A program made the position numbers and the translations under genes. Shown here one piece after another: positions 8,390-18,773 of a stretch of DNA of 64,000 nucleotides. Position 1 is the stretch's first letter. Each line of letters begins with the position of its first letter. A model generated the notes under the pieces. That model searched no databases and was not told the origin of the DNA. It saw nothing but the letters and a program-made list of their open reading frames with translations. This DNA is from a virus: IMG/VR virus record IMGVR_UViG_3300050120_000213, positions 35,511 to 99,510 of that record; one strand, given 5' to 3'.

Positions 8390-9742
8390 TTACGCACCAA
8401 TTCCCGTGTACTCGATGAAATACAAGGCATAAAAAGGCGGAAGAATGCTAAAAGGGGTACCAGAACCTACTGCCCCTGAACTAGCAGTTATCCCTGTCCC
8501 AGAAAACGTAGTTTGGGTACCCCCCGCGCTTTGCTGAACGGCATTCGGCCCTGGGGAACCTTGCCCGATACCCGCCGCACCTGCCGATAAGTGAGCGTGT
8601 GTAGGGTCAGAAATAAAAATTGGGTGATTATGCGACGCCATATTCGCTAAACTCAGCGCTGCTGTGCTAGATCCCCCCGTCTGATTAAGGGTAAAGGTTG
8701 TGCCAGCCCCAATCGGCACCTTACCACGGTAATCCCCCGTACCATTGGTCCCGTCAGCAAGTTGCCAACCCGGTCCCCATACCGCTGCAATGTTAGCGAT
8801 AATGCCGTGCCACAGCTTTACTTCACCCACCTTGTACACATTCTGCAATTGCTGTCCGGTCACGACTTGGGTACTGGCGCTGTTCACTGCCCCATTTGCC
8901 GCCGTAACCGTTTCTAGCGCAGAACCCCCCACGTTTGTAACCTTGACCCCACCATTGGCTTCCAAGGTCAATGTAGCTGCCCCAGAAGTCGGGGACGCCA
9001 CAACGGGGGTATTCAACTGTGATGCGGCAAACGCTTGGGTTGATAATCCGGCTAGCTGAGCGTAGTTGGTATTGGCTTGGCCCAGTGTGATGGCCTGATT
9101 GCTGGCAGTGGCCGCCGCTGTTTGCGTTGCGCCGCCCGAACTATACAACAACACGTAGCTAGCCAGTGCCGCATCAAAAGTCATACAGCTAAACGCGACA
9201 ACCTCCCCGCCTTGCAAAGCGCTACGGGCTTTACCCAGCAGTGGGTAAGTAGAGCCACCATTAACCACCACCGTGGAAAACGTGGTGTTGGGGTTAGCCG
9301 CCAGAAAGTAGATCAATGCCCCAGGCACCGGAGTGGACAACGAGGTGGGGTTTAGCGTAATGGCGTACGCGTTAGCTGAACCCGTATCCACGGCGTAATT
9401 AAGCGTGTTTTGCTGAACTTGCTGCTGCTGAGTCAAGTTAGCCATAGCCCCACCAGTTGGGCCGCAAAATACCCTATCCCCGGACGCCCATGCCAACGCG
9501 GTCGTATTTTCCTGCCCACGCAAAATCGTGCACACGTCCCCCCCGCGGGAGGTCACATAAACAATCTCGAATTCCAACCCCGTCAACACGTCGTTGAACG
9601 TCATACGGAAAAACTGCCCTGCAGCGGGGTTAGGAAAGGTTGCCCCTGTGCCGGATAACAGTGTTACGGACACCGCAGTTGGGCTAATACCCGAGGCAAT
9701 TGTCGTTTGATCATTATTGCCATAGATCTCCAAAGCCATCAC
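8390..9742 (-). CDS. tail fibre protein
   Basis: YAVDTGSANAY motif, collar-like WQLADGTNGT.DYRG, tip PPFYALYFI; follows the baseplate genes. Confidence 0.85.
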   Translation of the reverse strand: MMALEIYGNNDQTTIASGISPTAVSVTLLSGTGATFPNPAAGQFFRMTFNDVLTGLEFEIVYVTSRGGDVCTILRGQENTTALAWASGDRVFCGPTGGAMANLTQQQQVQQNTLNYAVDTGSANAYAITLNPTSLSTPVPGALIYFLAANPNTTFSTVVVNGGSTYPLLGKARSALQGGEVVAFSCMTFDAALASYVLLYSSGGATQTAAATASNQAITLGQANTNYAQLAGLSTQAFAASQLNTPVVASPTSGAATLTLEANGGVKVTNVGGSALETVTAANGAVNSASTQVVTGQQLQNVYKVGEVKLWHGIIANIAAVWGPGWQLADGTNGTGDYRGKVPIGAGTTFTLNQTGGSSTAALSLANMASHNHPIFISDPTHAHLSAGAAGIGQGSPGPNAVQQSAGGTQTTFSGTGITASSGAVGSGTPFSILPPFYALYFIEYTGIGA

Positions 9743-9828
9743 AACCCCCTAGTATCTTTATAAAAACCCTGCATTACCATTTCTAAAAAATGCAGGGGGT
9801 GCCTATTATTTTTTCGGCGGTTGGAATC

Positions 9829-10479
9829 TTAAAGTGTAACGGTGTACGTGTATTGAAAGGGCAAATTCAACGCCTGAGATTGCAGGGCGGCTTGAAAAAT
9901 GGTGGGCAACTGAGACGAAGGCTGTGAAGCAATATACGCGGTTAAATCAATCGTGATCGCCCTAGACCCACCATAAGTGACGCTAATCAAATACGTCTGA
10001 TCAATACCCGGGTCGGTGCCATTTAGTCCATTTAAAAACCGCAACACCCGGCGCTTTAACCACGCGGGATTGAAAATCCTCCCATCGCCTTTGTACAAGT
10101 TCCACGTCAAAATACGCTTAAAAATATCATCTGATGTGGCGATTGTGGTAACAGACCCGAGAGACTTCAGCGTGTCATACGGCACGGTGTCGTAAGGGGT
10201 GCTGTCATACCCCCCAACCACCTTCAAATTGCTAAACGACAGTACAGGCCGGTCTACCCCGTAGATCCCCTTAGCCACCCAATCTAACACCGGGCCAACG
10301 ATTAAGTCGCTGGTGTATATCGGTAAATTGAGCGCATTAAACGTGTTGAGAATCTGCTGGGCCAGGGTGTTGTACGATGCCACAAATGCCTGCAAATCCA
10401 CATCATCGTTGTACTGCCAGTACAGATAGCTGGGGATGACCTGCTGCACAGTAGTCGGAGCGGTCGGCAAGCTGGTCAT
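9829..10479 (-). CDS. baseplate wedge protein (DUF2612-like)
   Basis: LDWVAKGIYG..R, DDIFKRILTW; follows the J-like gene. Confidence 0.75.
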   Translation of the reverse strand: MTSLPTAPTTVQQVIPSYLYWQYNDDVDLQAFVASYNTLAQQILNTFNALNLPIYTSDLIVGPVLDWVAKGIYGVDRPVLSFSNLKVVGGYDSTPYDTVPYDTLKSLGSVTTIATSDDIFKRILTWNLYKGDGRIFNPAWLKRRVLRFLNGLNGTDPGIDQTYLISVTYGGSRAITIDLTAYIASQPSSQLPTIFQAALQSQALNLPFQYTYTVTL

Positions 10480-11900
10480 AGCTGCACCACGCTAATAGCT
10501 GCAGCCGTGGTAGAAAACGAGGATTCTAGGTCACCCACAATAATGTCGGTACCAGATTCCGGGGCCGTGATAACACCATTGACCGTTACAAGGAAGGTCA
10601 AGCTGATCAACAGTTGGGCTGGCAGAATGCTCGCCACCGCCGTCTGGAATATGCCCTGCAAATCCAACAAGTTTAGCGGCTGGCCCACCGTGATGTTATT
10701 GATATACGCAACCATCGCGGGCTGAGCTAACGAGGCCACCGCAGCAGGGGCCACAAAATTACTGGAAATAGTGTTCCACGTCGCAGTCAATCCCACGACT
10801 TGCTGGGGTGGATTAACAAACGGCACGGTGTAGGTGTTGGGGTAATCGTTTATGCTGACAGTGATATTCCGCAAGTTCGGGGTTACAACCCCACCACTCA
10901 CATACGCCCCGAAACTTGTAGTGTTCTCCCCAACGCTAAAGGACGTCAGAGACAACACAGTGATTGTCAGATTGACGCCATTCAAGGCGGTCATACCAAC
11001 AATGCCGTTGATTTGAATCACCTGACCGGTAGCGAACCCGTGGGTTATGTTGGTGGTCACCACCCCAGGGTTTGCTTGGGTGATGTTAGACACCGTGAGG
11101 GTGGATCCCACCAAATTCGAGATGTCACCTATCCCCGTAAATATGGCGAACGCCACCTGATAGGGATCCCCACCACCGACAATCACTTCCCACTGACCAG
11201 TCTTCTGTAAGACTGACACAAGGTTAGGTTGCACTCCAGGCACGGCCTGAATGGCGGTACGTAGGGTCGTAGCCATGCCTTGGCATTGAGCTAACCCGGC
11301 TTGTACCACTCGGGCTTGGTAGGCTTCAATACTTTCCCCACTTGACCCAGGTACCCCAGCAATCGGGTTGGTTACCGTCAACGTGATGCCAGCAGGCACC
11401 GAACTTTTGATTTGTACCACAGTGTTGGCGGGAACCGCGAATGACCCGGACAAGATAGCTAAGCAAAAAACTGCCCCAGTTTGCCCAGAACTCGCAATAA
11501 TGGCCGCATCCTGCACAACGTACTGGTAAGAGCCGTCACTAACGGTAAAACCTTTTGATATAACAAAGCCAGCGGGGCCAGTAAAAATGACGTTCACGCC
11601 GGTATTAAACCCAACCCCCTGGGGGATTCCTGCCTGTTGACCGAGCTGAGTCAGGATAAACGGGTTAGCCGAGGTGGGGGAGACCGAATTAATTGTCTCA
11701 ACAAACGCAGCATCACAGAGCGCAAGCGCCCCTACATCGGTGCTGCTGATGTCTTCGATCAGCGTACCCGGTAAATTGGCGGTGTATCCAGGGTTAGAAG
11801 CGGCAACGTTAGCCAACAGTTGTGCCAACAAACTGGTCGGACTCTGGGGTTGCACACCAGCAGGTGTCATTACGATAGGGATCGTGCTCGGTGTGCTCAT
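10476..11900 (-). CDS. baseplate J-like protein with inserted FCCH-like domain
   Basis: ESIEAYQARV and AIQAVPGV motifs; start MSTPST. Confidence 0.85.
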   Translation of the reverse strand: MSTPSTIPIVMTPAGVQPQSPTSLLAQLLANVAASNPGYTANLPGTLIEDISSTDVGALALCDAAFVETINSVSPTSANPFILTQLGQQAGIPQGVGFNTGVNVIFTGPAGFVISKGFTVSDGSYQYVVQDAAIIASSGQTGAVFCLAILSGSFAVPANTVVQIKSSVPAGITLTVTNPIAGVPGSSGESIEAYQARVVQAGLAQCQGMATTLRTAIQAVPGVQPNLVSVLQKTGQWEVIVGGGDPYQVAFAIFTGIGDISNLVGSTLTVSNITQANPGVVTTNITHGFATGQVIQINGIVGMTALNGVNLTITVLSLTSFSVGENTTSFGAYVSGGVVTPNLRNITVSINDYPNTYTVPFVNPPQQVVGLTATWNTISSNFVAPAAVASLAQPAMVAYINNITVGQPLNLLDLQGIFQTAVASILPAQLLISLTFLVTVNGVITAPESGTDIIVGDLESSFSTTAAAISVVQL

Positions 11901-11994
11901 TAAGATGGCCCGATAGTTATGGTCTTCCAAGTGTTAGGAGCATAACATTTACGGCATCTCGTCTGGAAGCCCCGCTGCAATTGATTGCAAACGC

Positions 11995-12336
11995 CTATCC
12001 CGGAATAACGGCGTTGAACGTAGTACCGTTAAACATCAATATTTGGATGTTATACGTGGGAGTTGGGGACGCCACTTTGCTAATGATCAAGCTGGCGAAG
12101 TACTGTTGAAATTGTGCCTGTACTTGGGACACGTACCAATCGGGAAATATTTGCTGAATTACGGACTGGACTGCGGGGATGCCCCAGTTGGCGTAGAACG
12201 GGCTTTCCCCCGTCACCAGCTTAAGGACTTGGATAAGCTGGGTGATGTACACGTACTCATTGCTGCCCTGGGCGTCCGTTTGGACTATTTGCCACGTGGG
12301 CACGCCATTCACAAGGGATCTTCCATATACGCGCAT
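11995..12336 (-). CDS. baseplate wedge (gp25/W-like)
   Basis: LKLVTGESPFYANWGIP; precedes the J-like gene. Confidence 0.75.
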   Translation of the reverse strand: MRVYGRSLVNGVPTWQIVQTDAQGSNEYVYITQLIQVLKLVTGESPFYANWGIPAVQSVIQQIFPDWYVSQVQAQFQQYFASLIISKVASPTPTYNIQILMFNGTTFNAVIPG

Positions 12337-12382
12337 AGTGGCTCACCAAATCTTGGTTAGGTACTTTTGCAATCAATTGCAA

Positions 12383-12871
12383 TCAGGGGTTGACGGCGAA
12401 CATACCACTGTCAGGCAAGTAGATAAAAGTGCTATTAAAGTACCCTGCTGTCATGCTCTGGTTATAAATCACCGACCCACCCACAGAAGACGGGTCCAAT
12501 TCCGCTGGAAGTTGATAGCTGAATTGCGTGTTAGTTAGGATCGAGCAATTAAACGCCCCGTTGTACCCAGAAGGAGTTGCCCCAGAAATCACCAGGGGCA
12601 CAATAGTACCGATCCTAAACGTGTGGGGCACAGTCGTAGTCGCCACCGCAATATTAGCGTTAGCTGTAATCGAGCTTATAACATACCCTAGGGTGGACCC
12701 AATCAATGGCCTGCTGACTATTAGCGTTCCCGCCACAGAGTAAATATTGACGTAATATCGCGCCCCAAACAAATTCCAGGTAACCACCACGTTATAAAGC
12801 TGGTTGTCGAACGTGGCTGGAAACTGAAAATTCTGGTTTACCGAGGGAGTAAAAGGCGTGAAAGTAGTCAT
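12383..12871 (-). CDS. baseplate plug-like protein
   Basis: YNVVVTWNLFGARYYVNIY; synteny. Confidence 0.65.
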   Translation of the reverse strand: MTTFTPFTPSVNQNFQFPATFDNQLYNVVVTWNLFGARYYVNIYSVAGTLIVSRPLIGSTLGYVISSITANANIAVATTTVPHTFRIGTIVPLVISGATPSGYNGAFNCSILTNTQFSYQLPAELDPSSVGGSVIYNQSMTAGYFNSTFIYLPDSGMFAVNP

Positions 12872-13620
12872 ATTATGCTGCTCACTGAACCAATAGCTGA
12901 CGACACAGTTGAACTCGCGGACCCAACCAAACCACTCACAGTGGAGGTGATGCTACCCGCCGCGCCTGTTACGGCGCTAGTGACTGTCGAAGCCAGCCCA
13001 GACCACGAGGGGGTTAGGGACGTCGGCAGACCGCCAGCAATCTTATTCATTAACGAATTATAGACTTGCTGGGCTTGATTAAGCGTCACCAGGGGTTGCA
13101 CAAAATCAAACTGCCACGTGTGCTGTACCTGTTTCGAATCGCCGCCCGACACGTCGCGCACGCTCACCAACAAGCAGTTGGTCCAAATCTGTGACGGGGT
13201 AGCAATCGTATATGTTCCACCAGCGGCGTTATGTTGCAACAACGTTTGTTGCAGGACGGTCAGGGTGGCGAGCTTCGTTGTGTAACCCCCGCTAGCTTGC
13301 ACGGGGCAGTCCATCAACATGGAAACCGTCAAAGGCTGGGCAATGATCGCGTTGCCAGCCACCGCCTGATTAGCAAACGGGTACGTGGCAACTTGATTTG
13401 ATATCAAAGTCGTGCCCGGTAGTGGTTTCCAGTGTGCAAAAAACTGATCTAAGTCAGGCACGCCATTACCACTGAGTAGCCCCAACGTGAAATTGGCGGC
13501 CTCGGTAATAGCTACGATAGGCAGCATTTGCCCCGGGATCTGCGACGCAATCCCATTCACCATGATAATTGGGGAAATCTGATACCCCAACTTGAAGATT
13601 TCCATCCCTAGTGAACTCAT
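12868..13620 (-). CDS. baseplate/tail tube initiator protein
   Basis: YPFANQAVAGNAII..P; located in the baseplate module. Confidence 0.6.
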   Translation of the reverse strand: MSSLGMEIFKLGYQISPIIMVNGIASQIPGQMLPIVAITEAANFTLGLLSGNGVPDLDQFFAHWKPLPGTTLISNQVATYPFANQAVAGNAIIAQPLTVSMLMDCPVQASGGYTTKLATLTVLQQTLLQHNAAGGTYTIATPSQIWTNCLLVSVRDVSGGDSKQVQHTWQFDFVQPLVTLNQAQQVYNSLMNKIAGGLPTSLTPSWSGLASTVTSAVTGAAGSITSTVSGLVGSASSTVSSAIGSVSSII

Positions 13621-13652
13621 TCCTGCCCCTAGCTAAATTGCAATTGATTGCA

Positions 13653-14384
13653 CTACGTTCCTGCTACTGGTGCACTGGTATCTGTACCCGGTGCCGAGGA
13701 AACATGTACGTGATCGATTAGGGAAATCCCCCCAGCAATCACATCTCCTATCACCGTAAGTGGGCCATTTAATGAGGCGTTATAGGCGGTTGCCCCTTCG
13801 CCTTGACTAAGCTGCCCATCTAAAACAATGGAGGGCACTTTAAGCGTAACGGTAGAGGGGGCAGTCATCGTAATACTACTCCCGTCCATTGCTACCGAGG
13901 TACTACCAATCGTCGCCACAATCGAAGTCGGGTGTAGCACCACTGTAGCCCCACTCCCAGTATCACGAATCGTCACCCCATTAGGGGCATAGATTGTTAC
14001 TTGAGCCGGATCGACCGCTACCCAATTCTTATTGCCTAGGGGCATAAAGAAAATCGATTCTAAATTCCCAGGGGTGGAGAGATCAGGAATACCGCCACCT
14101 TGTCCACTGGTATATCCGAGTCGCGCATCACAGGGAATAACAACCCCGAGATCGGTAGCTTTAATCGGGTAGCGAACGTACTCAGGCCCAAACAGGGGAA
14201 TCGTCACGGTGGGCAGGGTATAAAGCCCACTAACATCAAAGGCCACTGTGATTAGAGCACCCTCTACTGCTATGACGTGGCAAGGCAGTGCTTTCCCCGT
14301 CAACTGCACGGCGTCCATAATCTGGGCCGTTACGCCTGCTGGCAAACTGCGAGCAAGCGGGGTTTTTAGATGGTCGGTTGCCAT
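13653..14384 (-). CDS. baseplate central spike (gp138/gpV-like)
   Basis: OB-fold N-terminus, beta-repeat region, terminal ISLIDHVH metal-binding motif. Confidence 0.85.
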   Translation of the reverse strand: MATDHLKTPLARSLPAGVTAQIMDAVQLTGKALPCHVIAVEGALITVAFDVSGLYTLPTVTIPLFGPEYVRYPIKATDLGVVIPCDARLGYTSGQGGGIPDLSTPGNLESIFFMPLGNKNWVAVDPAQVTIYAPNGVTIRDTGSGATVVLHPTSIVATIGSTSVAMDGSSITMTAPSTVTLKVPSIVLDGQLSQGEGATAYNASLNGPLTVIGDVIAGGISLIDHVHVSSAPGTDTSAPVAGT

Positions 14385-15607
14385 TATTGAGTAAACCCAT
14401 AAATGTTATTGCTGGCGTTCTTATAAACAAAAGGCAGCGCCGCCACGGGAGAAGTCGAAGCCTGCAAAAAAATTAAATCATACAATGTGCACCACGCAGT
14501 ACCGGAGGCATTACGACTGTCGCCAACGTGCCGCACGCTTTTTACAAAGAAAACCCCAGAAAACACGGACCCGTCTTTCTGGGTGCTGTTAAACGGGTTC
14601 GTGCCCGCCTGAGAAGCCGCGCCACCTGTAATGGTGCCTTGTGCTGGCGGTAGCTTGATGTAATCCCCAGCTTGAATATCAGCCCTTAACACCGTTGTAA
14701 CTTGTACCTCCCCTGGGGAATTCCAAGTCGGCTGCCCGATCATGTCTTGGAACGCAATGGGGATTGGCGTTGTCTGGGTGCTGTTATCATTAACGTAAAG
14801 AACCCCACCTTGTAGGAGGATACTTATCCCACCATACGTGGAATTCTGTGCCGTGAAATAGATGTTATTCGCTGGGGTAGGGCCAGCAATAATGGAAACG
14901 CTCACGTCGTTAATAAACTGTGCGAACTGCTGCAACGTCTGGAAATACCCGACCTTCGCAGCGCCTGAATTCCAAACCAGATTTGCATTTACTTCCCCCG
15001 CCACATTCAGTTGGGGAAATGCAGTGCTCAAAGTCGTGGTGATAGCCTGCATGATGGGCTGGCCTTGCTGCCAATTGAAAATCAAATTGGCCGGGGTATC
15101 GCCAGTTACCGGGATCAGACCAGCAGCCCCACCAGCAGCTTGGCTATAGGCTGTAGCTGATCCCCCCGGGATGATGTACGCACATAACGATTGCTCGGTG
15201 CCGATCCAGTTACCAAAAGCCCGTAAGATCTGCCCGCTAGTAATCAACCCTGTTTGTTGCGGGTTCGCCAACGGCAGGCCCTTCGCCATACCGGCTTCTA
15301 CCGATATAAATTTTCCATTCAGGTACGAAGCTTGATTGATCTGAGCCAGCGGCACGCCGTAAATCTTAACGTATGGGCTAGCCTTAGTATAAGGAATGTG
15401 CATAGCGGTTGTGGATATATCCACCTCCACACGCTGCGCAGCCAAGTTACTACCACCCACGGAAAACACCGTGGCTTGAGGATTTAGCGTGGTCCAAGTA
15501 CTAGCGTTTGGGTCGGAGCTAAGAGAGAACCCCACGTTTTGCACAGGGCTAGGCACCAGAATTTTTCCGGTGGAGGGGTCAACAACCTTGATTCGATAAT
15601 AACGCAT
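14384..15607 (-). CDS. baseplate hub protein
   Basis: AFGNWIGT, DMIGQPTW, VRHVGDSR...W; follows the tape measure gene. Confidence 0.75.
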   Translation of the reverse strand: MRYYRIKVVDPSTGKILVPSPVQNVGFSLSSDPNASTWTTLNPQATVFSVGGSNLAAQRVEVDISTTAMHIPYTKASPYVKIYGVPLAQINQASYLNGKFISVEAGMAKGLPLANPQQTGLITSGQILRAFGNWIGTEQSLCAYIIPGGSATAYSQAAGGAAGLIPVTGDTPANLIFNWQQGQPIMQAITTTLSTAFPQLNVAGEVNANLVWNSGAAKVGYFQTLQQFAQFINDVSVSIIAGPTPANNIYFTAQNSTYGGISILLQGGVLYVNDNSTQTTPIPIAFQDMIGQPTWNSPGEVQVTTVLRADIQAGDYIKLPPAQGTITGGAASQAGTNPFNSTQKDGSVFSGVFFVKSVRHVGDSRNASGTAWCTLYDLIFLQASTSPVAALPFVYKNASNNIYGFTQ

Positions 15608-15614
15608 AGTGTTT

Positions 15615-17513
15615 TTATTGAACTAGGCTTGCGCCAGTCACAGAAACATCGGCACCAGGGGCGGTGTTTACCGTTACCCCGATGTTTTGCTGGGGTGTAA
15701 CGGTGTTATTTGCTTTTCTAGGGGCGTCTTGGTCATTGTTCATACGCGGGCCGAAAATCTGATTGCCACCCCCCTCACGGAACAGGCTCTTGATGTAGTT
15801 GGCGTATTCCGTCATCTTTACGGACGCGGCACTAGGTGGCACTCCGGTGTGGTTGGGAGTTTGCGTAGCTGGCTGCACTCCGGTAGGAGTGGGAGTTTGC
15901 GTAGCTGGCTGGGCGGCAGAATTAGAGGGATCGTAATCCGCTAAGTTTAAGTCCACCCCATACGCGTCATACTTATTCAAATAATCTGAGGTTTCTTTCG
16001 GCAAAAACTGATCCCACTGGTCGCCATGCCCAGCGTGCCACACACCTTTCTTATCCTTGTACCCGTTGATATCCTTGTCGAGATTGCCCTCACCCCAATC
16101 GTAAGCGGCGAGAGCTTTTCTCATATCCCCGAACTTGGCAAGATCGTGCTGCAACAACTTTTGGGCAGCACCCCGTGAAGCCTTTTCATCAAATGGGTCA
16201 ACTCCGTACTGCTTAGCAGTATCGTCCATTAACTGATAGGCCCCCTTAGCATGGCTATTGGGGTTTTCTGCGTTGGGATTATTGTCACTCTCAATGCCCT
16301 TGACCGAATCGAGCAGTGCGTTCCAGCTACTAGTAGCCCCACCAGCCGAGGGGGCAAGCCCTTCTGGTTGTCCCGCTTCAGTGTGATTTTTCTTCCATCC
16401 ACCCAATACGTTATCCCAGATCCAGTCCCCAGCTTTTTGAAATCCACCCACTACGCCAGGGGCGTAAGGCTCGCCCTCTTTGTGGGGTGGAGACGCAACG
16501 GCATCAACTAAATTTGCAGCGCCTGCTATCAAGCTGACGCTAAGTTTAGTGGCAGCATCAGACCAGCGATCTAATGCGGGGGTGAGCTTAATAACAGCAG
16601 CATCAAACGCGGTTTCGATTTCTTTGAAATTGGCAGCTTGGTGCGTGTCAAACGCGCTAGCTTCGTCAGCCTGTGATTGGCTAACCCCCATTTCTTTCCA
16701 ATGCGAATTGAATTGATCTTGCGCTTTGTCAAGTTCGCCGCTATTAGCGTACGAACCCAGGTTCCGCATTTGGTCGGGGCTGTAGAAATTCGTGTAGCCG
16801 AACGCCTGCGCTTGTGTCAGCGCAAAAGCAGGGCTGGTCTTTTCCCATTCGGAATACTGCTTGCCTACGCGCTTAGCGAAGTCAAACTGTAATTCTTCAG
16901 CGTCTTCGCTGTTGATTTGCTTGCTGGTGATGCCAGCATTCAAGAGTGGAGTTTGCTGAGTAACGTCTTCCTTAGCGTTTTCCATTGACTCTAGATCATT
17001 GGAATTTAAGCCAAATCTCTTGAAAAATGTGTTGAAAGCGGATTCTTTGCCGAGTTCGAGACCTAGACCACGACTGGAGGAATTCTGGGCGGCCACGCTA
17101 CTGGCGGAAAGTAACGTGCTGCCGAATATCGTCGCGCCCAGCCCACCAATAGCCCCGGCCAAACCACCAAACGCCGAGAAATTGATCGAGCCGCGCACCA
17201 GACCTTGCATGAATTTGGAGCTTTTCTCGATTTCTTTCGAGATATTGCCCCACGACTTCTCGCTGGCCTTAGCGTTCTTGGTGATGAGATCGAAAGCACG
17301 GGGTACAGCAGGGTCTTTCGCACCCTTTTGTACCCTATCAAAAGCAGTCCCCGCCGACTCAAACGCGTTCTTAACCCCGCCGATTTCTTTATTGACGGAT
17401 GCCCAGGCTTCGGGGTTGTTCTTTAAATGTTCGCGGTAGGCGTTGAATTTATCCGCAAACACGTCAAAGTCTTCGCTATCGACTTCGATCTTGATAATTG
17501 GTTTATCAGCCAC
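15615..17513 (-). CDS. tape measure protein with lytic transglycosylase (SLT) domain
   Basis: IES...AKGAYQLM...ALAAYDWGEG...ETSDY SLT motifs; located after the chaperone. Confidence 0.85.
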   Translation of the reverse strand: MADKPIIKIEVDSEDFDVFADKFNAYREHLKNNPEAWASVNKEIGGVKNAFESAGTAFDRVQKGAKDPAVPRAFDLITKNAKASEKSWGNISKEIEKSSKFMQGLVRGSINFSAFGGLAGAIGGLGATIFGSTLLSASSVAAQNSSSRGLGLELGKESAFNTFFKRFGLNSNDLESMENAKEDVTQQTPLLNAGITSKQINSEDAEELQFDFAKRVGKQYSEWEKTSPAFALTQAQAFGYTNFYSPDQMRNLGSYANSGELDKAQDQFNSHWKEMGVSQSQADEASAFDTHQAANFKEIETAFDAAVIKLTPALDRWSDAATKLSVSLIAGAANLVDAVASPPHKEGEPYAPGVVGGFQKAGDWIWDNVLGGWKKNHTEAGQPEGLAPSAGGATSSWNALLDSVKGIESDNNPNAENPNSHAKGAYQLMDDTAKQYGVDPFDEKASRGAAQKLLQHDLAKFGDMRKALAAYDWGEGNLDKDINGYKDKKGVWHAGHGDQWDQFLPKETSDYLNKYDAYGVDLNLADYDPSNSAAQPATQTPTPTGVQPATQTPNHTGVPPSAASVKMTEYANYIKSLFREGGGNQIFGPRMNNDQDAPRKANNTVTPQQNIGVTVNTAPGADVSVTGASLVQ

Positions 17514-17547
17514 GGCGGTTTCCTATTCGTGCAATCAATTGCAAAAC

Positions 17548-17863
17548 TTAGCGCCCCCGCTTAGACTTCAACGCCGCCAAAATGTAACGCTGTCGGTACT
17601 GCTGGGCCTCTATAAAACCAAAATCATAAATGGACTGGCCGAAGAACTGTTCGAATCCTTCCTCACTTACCCATGTCAGGATGGTACTGACGAGACTATC
17701 GGCGTCACGCCAGTACTGTCTACTGGTGTCAAGGTCGGCAAGGAAGCTTTGTACGCGGTACAGTCCAACGACGTAGTTTGCCCATCCCAGAATTTCGTCA
17801 TCCCAGCTAAAGCTTTTACCTTTTCTGGCGTTCTGTGCATGACAGAAGCCAAAGTAAAAAAAA
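17548..17863 (-). CDS. -1 frameshift extension of the tail assembly chaperone (gpGT-like)
   Basis: T8 slippery run at 17856-17863; the -1 frame is open from just before it to TAA at 17548 and has no ATG. Confidence 0.6.
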
Positions 17864-18236
17864 CTAACGCATTAGTGACCTCCGACACTTCGCTATCGTT
17901 CAACAGGTTTTGCCGGGTAGCCTCGTACATGGGCAATGTGTTCCACCCGTTATCGCTGGGTAGCATCACGTTAGTCAGGCGATAAATTTCATTCATCAAA
18001 CCCTTCTCGACACCCTCGGGGCCTCCCCACAAACCGTCTTCGATGGAGACTTGCTTTAAGATCATGTACGCCACGCGGGGGCCAGCCAACGAACCCAGCC
18101 CCTCGGCGTACACGCGCGCAAAGGCTTTCGAGATTGGCAGAAAGTACTTTTCGAAAATCGCATACGAAATCGGGGTTGCGTGTACCCAACCGCTCTCTAG
18201 CGGGATAACGAGATTCAGGGCTTTGTCGATTTTCAT
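17676..18236 (-). CDS. tail assembly chaperone
   Basis: Between the tube and tape measure genes; LVFF slippery codons. Confidence 0.75.
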   Translation of the reverse strand: MKIDKALNLVIPLESGWVHATPISYAIFEKYFLPISKAFARVYAEGLGSLAGPRVAYMILKQVSIEDGLWGGPEGVEKGLMNEIYRLTNVMLPSDNGWNTLPMYEATRQNLLNDSEVSEVTNALVFFTLASVMHRTPEKVKALAGMTKFWDGQTTSLDCTAYKASLPTLTPVDSTGVTPIVSSVPS

Positions 18237-18262
18237 TTGGTCTCACTCATTGAGTACGAAGT

Positions 18263-18281
18263 AAAAACCCCCGTTAGGGGG
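18263..18281 (-). terminator. intrinsic terminator after the tail tube gene
   Basis: CCCCC-TAAC-GGGGG followed by T5. Confidence 0.65.
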
Positions 18282-18312
18282 CTTATGGACTGCTGCCCAA
18301 CTGCAGGCTATG

Positions 18313-18759
18313 TTACAGCAAATTCCAGAGCGCGTTATTCACCAGCCAGTAGCCGCGAATCGTGACGGCAAACCCCGCATCTTCACCGCTAAGATTCAAT
18401 TCACGAACCCCTTCGAGGGCGCAGTTCACAATCGGAAACACCGGTAGCGAGGTGGTGTCGGTAATCACCGTACCATTGCCCAGAACCGTGGTGTCCTGCA
18501 TCTGGGATTGGTACTGTGCGGCGAGACCATTGGTTTTCAAGATGTTCATGGTGAGCGTGATCATCTGATACGGCTCGGGGGACGTGACCGCCCCCGTCAT
18601 CGTCTGCACAAAGGTCGTCGCCTCACCGTCAAGGGCCAACCGGATGCCTTCTTTATTCAAGAATGGCGCGGTGACGTTGAGGTTTGGAAAATCAGTCCAA
18701 ACCACACTCGCCCGCAACCGGTTAAGCGTGCCCTGGGGGATAAGAGGATTCGTAGCCAT
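18313..18759 (-). CDS. tail tube protein
   Basis: NPLIPQGTLNRLRASV; 148 aa, after the sheath. Confidence 0.8.
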   Translation of the reverse strand: MATNPLIPQGTLNRLRASVVWTDFPNLNVTAPFLNKEGIRLALDGEATTFVQTMTGAVTSPEPYQMITLTMNILKTNGLAAQYQSQMQDTTVLGNGTVITDTTSLPVFPIVNCALEGVRELNLSGEDAGFAVTIRGYWLVNNALWNLL

Positions 18760-18773
18760 GATCTAGTTACCCT

